Below are positions 54,601 through 63,800 of a DNA stretch of 64,000 nucleotides, piece after piece. Both the position numbers and the translations under genes were made by a program. The notes under the pieces are model-generated. The model made no database searches. It had not been told where the DNA came from and was given only the letters and a program-made list of their open reading frames with translations. Every line of letters starts with the position of its first letter. The first letter of the stretch is position 1. The stretch is taken from positions 5,666 to 69,665 of IMG/VR virus record IMGVR_UViG_3300025727_000011. The stretch is one strand, 5' to 3'. The DNA comes from a virus.

Positions 54601-55839
54601 GCTCCTTTACCTGACGAGGGCCGGGTCGCTGCTCGGTACTTGGAGGCCAAGCGTCAACTTTGGTGGCATGGCACGTCTGGGAAGAACTTGCGAAGCGTCT
54701 TGAAGCAGGGGTTGATTCCGACCGGGGATCTGGTCTTCGATGTCGAGGTGGACCCCGACCGGGCTGGTGGGCGATCCATCAAGACCTTTGGAGGCATCTA
54801 CTTCTCGTCTCAGTGGTTCACCGCGTACTCCTCTGCGGGGGGCGCGAATCGGAAGTCATTCGGAGTCATTTCGGGTCCAACGCCGTACTCTAGGGTCATC
54901 ATTGGAGCCACGCTCGACAACCGCTCTCCCGGCATCATGCTCGATGAGGATGACATGCTGGGAGGGGTTGAGCGTCTGATGGGGCGGGCCTTCGATGACG
55001 TGTCCCGTAAGGTACGGCTTCCTGAAGATTTGGTGGATCGGTGGTCAGGGGGTGTGAAGGCAGGGTTCTACGGTAAGAGTCACCGCTTCTTGTTGGAGGA
55101 TGCTGACTACGGCGACCTGCCTGCGAAGTACCTTGATCATATGGCGTCGAAGTACCCGAAGTTGGAAGGTCGGGTGAAGCGTCAACGGGGAGCATTGGAG
55201 TCCGCTATTCGGGATATGTTGGCGGGCTACTCGGTTCATCTTCTTGAGGTTTGGTATCACCGCTACAAGGATGACCAGACCAAGAAGATTCAGGGGTACA
55301 TCGAAAGTGCTGGTCGTAGGGGTTCACCGGATCTGGTTCGTCAGCATGAAGACGAGTTGAAGCAGCACTTGGCCGACGAGCGGGAGGTCAAAGGGTCATT
55401 CCAGTTGCTCCAGAAGGCTACCAACCGTGTTGGCCAGATGATGCGTGAAGCGACCGAGATGCCCGAGGGTGCTTGGAGGCACAACATTCGAGTCATGCGT
55501 CCGGTGACCTACCGAGGCAAGGACCGAATTCTGATGGTTGCTTCTATCACGGATAGGGACTCACAGGTCTGGAAGGATGCGGGTCACTTCTCATCCACCG
55601 CTGACATCATCTTCCACTACGGGGCGCAGCAGCGTAAGCCGTTCATCGACAAGTACGAGGATCGGGTGGGCGGCATCGCTCGTGTGCTCGATGCTTCGGG
55701 CAAGGTGCTGGAGATCATCGACAAGCGGGGACAGTTGGAGGAGCGTGGTTGGCCTACGGACCTCTGGGGTCCTGCTCCACAAGCCTACCGGGACGTTGCG
55801 GCTTCTGCTCTCACAACGGATTCTCCCTTCCGCCGTTAG
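51619..55839 (+). CDS. Polyvalent protein: two RelE/DUF4258-like domains, two ADP-ribosyltransferase-like domains and a SWIM Zn finger
   Basis: Duplicated DLxPPLGxPGGSCHL...H[AV]QYRMDxRGITVP; LWYHGS...LFFSPS...GYDA; CSCQFW...CKH; LWWHGTS..NLRSVLKQGL...GGIYFS. Confidence 0.7.
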   Translation: MGRKPDIQRLLFRYADLNPPLGYPGGSCHLQDRIRQEVSNKRNQNLLLDHHLSGGDKKPNDRYERAIYDSIDEGPVKGTSFRRVLVSEHAQYRMDQRGITVPDLRSALRAFQKDWGKERSRGITSLTRLLQQPNEFHYDYDGIRFFMRPLKLWTPKDKKVDVWIRTLYDPSASPPRPVAPDECKNFPGWSKEYPEHGFDRLFPKRVAQRFADLAPPLGFPGGSCHLIERVHDEVNNPRLRDRLVDSVEEGQSLSNADASKVYSPERERGVSGKRLNKIILTSHVQYRMDLRGITVPEIRLALKQFAKAYLDERSRKSLQARWWDEAMAWGEEIKWEAPMGLVVVFTLPSQDTANIITAYWPGQSDPRPRDETECGFPSAGRVSALKMAPVPGVQTFVTEKSQKGLPTDSDREKQVVLPPGSATPGGEGREIGKFEFNTPDADSDIKPRTLGIPGEEYGHPSNDTYNTVSRRTMTAGSPLVSEPAYGESDAALPRGEEDEKTAYAKGDIRPSGTPGGQGGVPQREQEVAEKRKRKRRHEQNRGRDNQKALKRYHAKYKKKRQMVERKDKYRQNPRRYRRKTPQEYERPDKTAVVQRYATRLWYHGSPKRFEGFKTYEGHTFGKGPSEVPLFFSPSKSFAKMYATGPEGTIYAARLKWRKVFDGADLYRESRYWPPEYEDLTPEGKALYDDLADGKVFPGVDEDDLLDGYPSLWAQVLRMDYDIIEDAAFKWWLKKNGYDAAYVTGDGVQNVFVVSPSQVEIVEVEGRWDKKAGDVMLYDQHNPANNEIKQPGKDVNYRAEGPTTYSTEPDEKQGIVPGGRVPSRQLDNAPPASSRVIPDSMKQTLEDSYTKAAAATIPTILDNCGPAVTDRSKGIKVKRKRLSPSGMSTWSVQGSSGEVYTVRVKPIRKNKRYKIISKMPVKVSCSCQFWRWQGPEHWGKTNDFLYGKPRGTASVPVIRDPLGEHWACKHLIAVLQYVNKWRFAADAEWSYEGPFAPLPDEGRVAARYLEAKRQLWWHGTSGKNLRSVLKQGLIPTGDLVFDVEVDPDRAGGRSIKTFGGIYFSSQWFTAYSSAGGANRKSFGVISGPTPYSRVIIGATLDNRSPGIMLDEDDMLGGVERLMGRAFDDVSRKVRLPEDLVDRWSGGVKAGFYGKSHRFLLEDADYGDLPAKYLDHMASKYPKLEGRVKRQRGALESAIRDMLAGYSVHLLEVWYHRYKDDQTKKIQGYIESAGRRGSPDLVRQHEDELKQHLADEREVKGSFQLLQKATNRVGQMMREATEMPEGAWRHNIRVMRPVTYRGKDRILMVASITDRDSQVWKDAGHFSSTADIIFHYGAQQRKPFIDKYEDRVGGIARVLDASGKVLEIIDKRGQLEERGWPTDLWGPAPQAYRDVAASALTTDSPFRR

Positions 55840-55848
55840 CCTGCCTAT
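55834..55848 (+). promoter_or_regulatory. Putative late promoter (CGTTA-N6-CTAT)
   Basis: Motif overlapping the upstream TAG. Confidence 0.6.
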
Positions 55849-55896
55849 GACCCTTTGGTGGGTAGGGCGTACCCGCACCCTCGGAGGAGCCTTCGC

Positions 55897-57780
55897 ATGG
55901 CAGCACAGATCCGAAGCAGCATCCCCGCAAAACCCACGGTGGATAATGCTAGTCGCGATGACCTCACCATCGGTGATGTCATCACCTTGGAAGCGGTGCC
56001 TCCCGCAGTCGGGGCGACTTTTCAGTGGACTCTTGTTTTCGTGCCAGAGGGTAGCGCGGCAGTTCTGACGCCTCCGGCGGCAGCGACCACTTCTGGCCCG
56101 GTAGATTTCACTGCCGATCTTGTTGGGCCTTATTTGGCTCGGCTTGTAGTGGATGCGGGTCTACCTACTGAGAGCACTCAGTACGTTCGACTCCGTGCGC
56201 TGACGACGTTGCTCAATCTCAAGCTGGTCGCAGCCGGTGAGCGTCGAGATTCCACAGGTATCATCCCGGTCGATGTGGACATTGAGGGGTGGGCCAACGA
56301 ACAGAATGAGAACCTGTTGGCGTTGGAGGCTGCTATAGGGGCGGCTACGGCACCCTTGTCGATTGTGTTGACGGTTGGTAACACTACGGGCGGCACAGAC
56401 ATCGAGGTCACTACGGGTGACTCTATCGTGGGTCAGACGAGCCTGACGATGAGTGCTTCGGCGGGCAACGTAGACCTCACCGCTACGGGCGCGGGAGCAG
56501 ACATTGTGCTCAACCCTGACGCTGCCGGTGCGGTAGTAGTCAACGGCAAGCTGACCGTTACGGGACTCATCGATCCTACGGGACTCATTCTCACTGAGGC
56601 TGGGATCCCTGCAACGACCTCTAGCGAAGGTTCGTTGTTCGTGGCCAACGGGTCTACGACTGGATTGGAAGACAACGACCTTTATTATGTGAAGGGTTCA
56701 CAGGTCTTGTCGGGTATCGGGGCGTATATCAACTTGAGTGCCACGACTGGGATTTCGCAGATGCTTCTGATCCCGGAGCAGTTGGAGGGCGATGGTATAG
56801 GTAACATCACTGGGGCAACAATCTTTTTGTTCGACCCGAATAACCTTGTGAGCATACCTTCGGATGGCGCTGCTCTGGTTCTAAACAGCGGCTCTCTTAC
56901 CGAAACGTATACCTTCCGCACAGTTCCAACCGTGGCCTTCGATGTTGAGATCGGCACGAATGTGCGAGAGACCTCTGAAAACCTTGCGGCTGCGATAAAT
57001 ACCGACAGTGATCCCTCAGACGGGTGGGTTGCTCGCTATTCGTTTGGGGCGTTTACGCGCCTTCACACCAGCAACATCAATCGAGGCTGTGTTGTTTTGA
57101 TTGCGGCTCGGAAAAGCGTCGGAACACACCGGATGTACGGTGATGAGGCTGGCGGTTCTTTTGGTGCGTCCAAACCAGAACGGGCGCAGTTTACCCCGAC
57201 GGATTGGGGGTATCAATTCGGCATTGCTACGAACGCAGCGCCCTTGCCTTTAGCTGATCCAGGGACCGATAACTTCGGCTATCGACAGACAGGTTTGCTC
57301 CAGCTTGGGGATGGTCAGCTTCGGTGTACTTTGTCTCCTCCAGGGACTTACTTGTTTCGGGCATTTATCCCGACAAATTCAAGTCGTTGGTATCGAATCG
57401 CCCCCACTTGTCAGAGTTACCAAGTGGATGTGCCTCCTGGTCCCAACACGACAGTTACTCAACGAGGATGGGCACCGTGTGGTGGTCGTATCTCCGTAAT
57501 CCGGGTGTTCATGCAGACGGTGAACACACAAGGAAACTACACCGTGGTCTTCTCCAAGGTCACGGGCACGTCTCCCGGCACTCTCCTGACTACCGCTAAC
57601 TTCGACATGAACACGTTGGTTGCAGCGACAGTTACCGATCTTCCCGTGACAACTTTCATCACGCGGCAATACTTCGATCAAGGAGATCAGTGGTCAGTGG
57701 AGTTCACTTCTGATGATCTCAATTTTGATGGTGAGAGCATTTACTTTGAGATTCTGTTCGATCCCGAGGAGATTCAGTGA
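55897..57780 (+). CDS. Tail fibre / appendage protein
   Basis: PKD/Ig-like N-terminus shared with the next gene; G/T/A-rich; GGAGG RBS. Confidence 0.65.
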   Translation: MAAQIRSSIPAKPTVDNASRDDLTIGDVITLEAVPPAVGATFQWTLVFVPEGSAAVLTPPAAATTSGPVDFTADLVGPYLARLVVDAGLPTESTQYVRLRALTTLLNLKLVAAGERRDSTGIIPVDVDIEGWANEQNENLLALEAAIGAATAPLSIVLTVGNTTGGTDIEVTTGDSIVGQTSLTMSASAGNVDLTATGAGADIVLNPDAAGAVVVNGKLTVTGLIDPTGLILTEAGIPATTSSEGSLFVANGSTTGLEDNDLYYVKGSQVLSGIGAYINLSATTGISQMLLIPEQLEGDGIGNITGATIFLFDPNNLVSIPSDGAALVLNSGSLTETYTFRTVPTVAFDVEIGTNVRETSENLAAAINTDSDPSDGWVARYSFGAFTRLHTSNINRGCVVLIAARKSVGTHRMYGDEAGGSFGASKPERAQFTPTDWGYQFGIATNAAPLPLADPGTDNFGYRQTGLLQLGDGQLRCTLSPPGTYLFRAFIPTNSSRWYRIAPTCQSYQVDVPPGPNTTVTQRGWAPCGGRISVIRVFMQTVNTQGNYTVVFSKVTGTSPGTLLTTANFDMNTLVAATVTDLPVTTFITRQYFDQGDQWSVEFTSDDLNFDGESIYFEILFDPEEIQ

Positions 57781-57829
57781 TGGATGCCCTTACTTTGTCT
57801 ATCCGGCCTTTTAGGTGGGAGTCTAACTG

Positions 57830-60800
57830 ATGGCGACGGCAAGTATTCTCAGTCGGGTCACCGCACCTGTTGTCAAGATCGACCGCATCGGGATCAGCCG
57901 TGATGATCTTACGATCAACGATGTTGTCGAACTTGAGTCGGTAAACGTCGGCACGGCTTATCAGTGGAATATCGCTTTCAAGCCCGAGGACCAGTTAGGC
58001 ACCCCTTCAACGGCGGTGTTCACCTCGACGGGCACAGAACAGGCGATCATCCAGAACCCCGGCACGTTCACTGTTGACCTTGATGGGCCTTACCTGCTTC
58101 GGTTGGCTTACACGACTCCCCAGATCACGCTGAACACGGTCCTCACGGCGGGCGTCACGTTCACCATCAATGGGATCCTCCTGACGGCGGTGGCGGGCGC
58201 TCGGACTCCAGGTAGCGATGATTTCTCCGTTGCCAGCGGAACCGCTGCGGGCATCGTCGCGGACATCGTGGCTGCGATCAACGACCCGCTCAATAGTTTT
58301 GTTGCCGCGAACCTCGCAGGAACGGATTCTTCTCCCAGCGTGGTCATCAGCCCGACGCTGGCGACCGTTCCTACGGGCGAGACGATTGGCATCTTTTATT
58401 CAGGAACCGCCTCAGATGTGACTATCGGGGATCTCGTCACAGAGCAGTACGTCCGACTCCGTGCCTTGACGGCCTTCGGTGATCTCAAGCTGGTCGCAGC
58501 CGGTGAGCGGTACGACACTCTTCGGGTTCCGGTAGACGCGGAGCCTGACGGTTGGGCCGACAACCAGAATTACAACCTCAATCAGCTTCTTTCTCTCATT
58601 AGTTCCAACACACTCTCGACTGGAGTGGTCACTGTTGACCCGATCAACGGTGACTTCCAGACCATCCAAGCGGCGATGGATTACGCCAACGCACAGACAC
58701 CCACGCTGGCCCAACAGTGGGTTGTGTTGGTTCGCCCCGGCATCTATGTCGAGGATTTGACCTTCTACCCGTGGGTTCATCTGTTCGGTTGGCCCGGTGG
58801 AGAGAAAACTCCGTTGGTCAAAGTGCAGAACGACACGGTGGCATCGCACAGTATTGCGTTGCCGGGTGTAGGCACCTCGTTGGTGCTCTGTGACATCTAC
58901 TTTGAGCAGCCGGTCGTTTCCCCTAACCCAGCCTTTCTACAGGTTGGTGTGGGGGATGTGCAGGTGTTCCGTTGCACTTTGGAGGCACAGGGCAACACAG
59001 GTGAGGTTTGGTCTACCTCTGGTCCTACCACCTTCACGCGGTGTACGATCAATGGGAACGGTGTCAACCCAACTGACTATGCCCTTCGAGTCTCCTCTGG
59101 GTCGTTCACGATCTTGGACCACACTACAGTCTTGGGTCAATCATGCTTGATTTTGGAGGAGGGTGCGGGGATCTATGTGAGAGATTCCCGGTTCTCTGCC
59201 AGCGGCACATATGCGTTAAACAGCCTTGGTTACAACGCATCGCTTAACTACACCCTCGTTACAGGGTTGATTGCGGGCAACCCTGCTGGAACCGGAACGG
59301 CAGGCGATTTGATCTTCACGATCAAATGGTGCGAGATTGGTAATCTGGCCATTGATGGTCAGAACGTGGTTGGTTCAGCGCGGGCCGATCTCGGAGCGAC
59401 CTCTCATGGCACGCTTACTAATATCAATGGTGCTCTACTTTCTGCTACGGTTCCAGCAGACACCATTTTGTATGATCCTACGGTTTCGGGCCTCTCAGCG
59501 ACCAATGTGCAGGATGCCATTGACGAGGTGTACGCTTACGCACAGCTTGTTCGCACGTTGGATGATGCGTATGACGGCGGCATCGTCGGTACGGGTTCGG
59601 GTCGGACCATCATCGCTGACCAAGGCGCTGTTCAGATCGTAGATGCTGCGGCTCCCTCTGACCCTATTCCTCCAGGGAACACTGACGGGAACTTGGAAGT
59701 CGTGGGGTCCGTCAAGCTAGGGGCTTTGACCAAACCTGAGATCACGGTTGATCCCAACCCGTTTGACAACGGGCCAACGATCCTCCTCGGCAAAGAAATC
59801 TGGGCCAATGACGCCCCGTTCGGGAGCACCGCGCTGATCCTCGGTGACGCGAGCGGGAACCCCACCTTTCACAACTACAACCTCCGTGTCGGGACCAAGG
59901 AAGCAGACGGAGGGAATCAAGTCGGTTCCGTATTCGTGCGGGCAGGTGACTCGCTCACCACTATCGACGCTGGAGCGGTGTACCTCCAAGGCGGCACGGC
60001 TACAGATGCAGGCGGTGGTGTAGGCGGTGACATCATCGTGGTCCCTGGTGAGACAGCGGCGGGTGGCGCACGGGCAATGGTCCTGGCCAATCCTCTTACG
60101 GCAACGTCCGCCACATTGACGGCGGCGGGAGCCTTCTCGGGTGCGGCGGTCGCAGGCACGCTCACTCTAGGCACAGAGACAGGTGCTATCACCGTCACCT
60201 TTGTTGGCGGCGAAGTTCTGGCAGCGGTCCATGCACTGTTTGACGCGACAGGCATCGTCACGGCAGCCGGTGATCCCATCGTCCTCACGACGGTGATGAA
60301 GGGTGGCACAGCCGAAGCATTCTTTCTGAATGAAACCCCGGCAGGAGTGGACGCCGCTCTCGGCACCTTCTCCGGGCAAGCGATGGTATCAGGCACTTGG
60401 CCGGATACTGTAGAGCTTGGAGCTTCCGCGCCGGGGACTTTTATCGTTGGCGTGAACGCTGCGAACCCGATGCTGTACGACACAGCCACAGGCAAACTCA
60501 CCGTCCCTGGTCTGATTGATCCCACAGGCGTCATATTCGACGAGGCGGGACAGCCTGCCACGGGAGCCGCCAAGGGAGCGGTCTTCGTTTCAGATGGTTC
60601 GGTTGGAGTCCAAAACGACCTCTACTACACGGATCAGGCAGGGGCGCTGGTCAACCTCTCTGCGGCAGCGGCGGGCGTGACGAATCATGCAGCCCTCACC
60701 AACCTCTCTTGGCTACTCTCGGCACACATCGGTGCCAATGGCTCCCTTGCGACCTTTGACGGAGCCACGGGAGCCGCGACCCTGCTTACAGGTGTCGCGC

Positions 60801-63800
60801 AAGGCGATCTGGCCTATTTCGACGGGACCGACTGGACACGTCTCGCTCCGGGTGCGGCGGGTCAACTTCTCCAAACCCAAGGCATAGGCGCGGATCCGAT
60901 TTGGGCAGCGGGTGTTGGCACTGATGAACTGGTGAAAGTCACCGCGAATGACACGACCCCTGGCTATCTCCTCGACAAGCTCATTACAGCCACCACTGGA
61001 GTCGCCTGGACCGAGATCAATAACGGAGCGGACGAAGACCTACGGTTGGACGTGTCCACCGCTTCCACGGCGGGTCAAGGGCTGATCGAGATCGCGACCC
61101 AAGCAGAGGTAGACGGGGGCGCGGACACCACACGGGCGGTGACTCCAGCGGCACTTGCCTCGGCTACCACAGTAATCAAGCCAGGGGATGCTCCGACAGG
61201 CGACCTCGGTGGAACGTATCCCAATCCGATGGTCACCGATTTCACCATTGCAGGGGAGTCGCAGGGCAGCGTCCTCTACTTTAATGGTGTCAACTGGTCA
61301 CAGCTTTCCCCCGGCGTAGTGGGTCAAGTGCTTCAAACCCAAGGGGTAGGCGCAAACCCCCTCTGGGCAGCGGGTGGTGCGGGGTCTTCTGATCATGCGA
61401 CCCTGAGCAATATCCTTTGGACGGCTTCGGCTCATACAGGCACAGCGTCACGCATCGCAGCCTTCGATGGTGGTGGAGCCGCGTCCTACGTCCAAGTGGG
61501 AGTGGATGTACAGGCGTGGGACACAGACCTTGATGCTCTTGCGGCCCTCGCAACTACCGGACTTCTTGTTCGCACGGGAGCCGGAACCGCAACGACCCGA
61601 AGCATCGTTCAACCAGCGGCAGGTATCACCGTCACGAATGCGAACGGTGTAGCAGGTGATCCCACATTGGCTCTTGCTGATGATCTCGCTGCTCTGGAAG
61701 CCCTTGCAGGTACAGGCATCGCAGTACGAACGGCGGCAAACACTTGGGCGGAGCGGACCCTCACAGGCACGCTCAACCGAATCACGGTCACGAATGGAGA
61801 CGGCGTTGCAGGCAACCCGACTCTTGATGTGGGTTCCAACGTCCTTGTCAGCGGTGACGCCGCAGGGGGTGACCTTAGCGGAACCTTCCCCAACCCCACG
61901 GTCACTGATCTCACGCTCACGAGTGAAGCCCAAGGCACACTCGTGTACTTCAGTGGCACAAACTGGGTGGTGTTGCCCGTAGGCATCAACGGCCAGCTTC
62001 TCCAGACTCAGGGGGCTGGAGCCAATCCACAGTGGGTGACGAGCAGCGCGACGGATGAACTGGTCAAGGTCACGGCCAACGACACAACTCCTGGCTACCT
62101 CTTCGACAAACTGACGACAGCCACGACCGGGATCGCCTGGACCGAGATCAATGACGGGGCTGACGAAGACCTTCGCCTCGACATTGACTCCGCGACGGCG
62201 GGCGGTCAAGGTCTGATAGAGCTTGCCACCCAACTAGAGGTGGACACCGGCACGGACACCACTCGTGCGATCGTGCCCTCGACCCTCGCTGGGTCTGTTC
62301 TTGCGGGCGATGTAACTGCGAACAACGCCAAGGTCACCAACGCGACTCACACGGGCGATGTGATCGGGGCCACCGTCCTGACCATTGACGCCAACAAAGT
62401 CCTGAACACCATGCTGGTCGATATGGCATCGGCCCGGTTCAAAGGCCGTGTCACAGCAGGCGTGGGGGATCCCGAAGACCTGACTGGCACGCAGGCGACA
62501 ACACTACTCGACACCTTCACCTCGGCCCTCCAGGGCGTCGTACCTGCGAGCGGGGGTGTCGCTACGGACTTCTTGAGTGCAGATGGCACCTGGGCCGTAC
62601 CAGCGGGCAGCGGCGGCGTCACGAATACCGTAGTCGGCAGCCTTGGCATCACGAATGTCGGGACCAATACCAATGCCGACCTCGCTCCTACCTACGGCGC
62701 GGTCGCCAGCACGATCACCGAAGGCAACGACGCACGGCTGTCCGATGCGCGGGTACCCACGGGCGCAGCGGGCGGTGACCTGGGAGGCACCTACCCGAAT
62801 CCAACGGTGGACGATGGCGCTGACGGCACGGCCATCCACGACAACATCGCGGGGGAGATCCTAGCGGTCACCCTGAAGGCGGTCCCGGTTAGTGCTGACG
62901 TGCTGTTGATCGAGGACTCGGCAGACGCGAACAACAAGAAGCGAATCACGGTCGGCACACTCCCCACGGGCGGTGGTGGCGAGGCGAATACAGCCTCCAA
63001 CGTAGGCACGGCTGGCGTTGGTCTATTCAAGCAGAAGACAGGAATAGACCTAGAGTTCAAGAAGGTCAACGCAGGGTCTACCAAGGTCACGATCACCGAC
63101 GACGTTGGCAATGACGAGGTTGATGTCGATGTAGTCGATGCCTCGCTTACACAAGCGGGGGCCATTGAGCTTGCCACCCAACTAGAGGTGGACACCGGCA
63201 CCGACACTACGCGGGCCATTGTCCCTTCGACACTGGCGGGAAGCACTCTCGCAAGCAACGTAACGGCCAATAACGCCAAGATCACGAATGCCACTCATAC
63301 GGGCGACGTGACGGGAGCTACGGCGCTGACCATCACCGCTGACGCGGTGACCAACGCCATGTTGGCCAACGTAGCTACGGCTACCATCAAGGGTCGAGTG
63401 ACAGCGGCGACCGGCGACCCCGAAGACCTGACCGGCACACAGGCCACCACGCTGCTTGATACCTTCACGAGCGCCTTGCAAGGCGTCGTACCAGCCAGCG
63501 GCGGTGTGGCCACTGACTTCCTAAGTGCAGATGGTACTTGGAGTGTCCCCCCTGGAGGCGGTGGTCAGACGAATACCGTAGTCGGCACCCTCGGCATCAC
63601 GAATGTCGGCACCAACGTAGACGCTGACCTTGCGCCCACCTATGGCACGACGGCGAGCACCATTACCGAAGGCAACGACGCGAGGTTGTCGGACGCAAGA
63701 ACTCCAACGGCTCACGCAGCCTCGCACCAGGACGGCGGAAGCGACGAGATCGCTACCGCAACCCCCGCAGCCGCAGCTATCCCGAAGGCTGACGTAAGCG

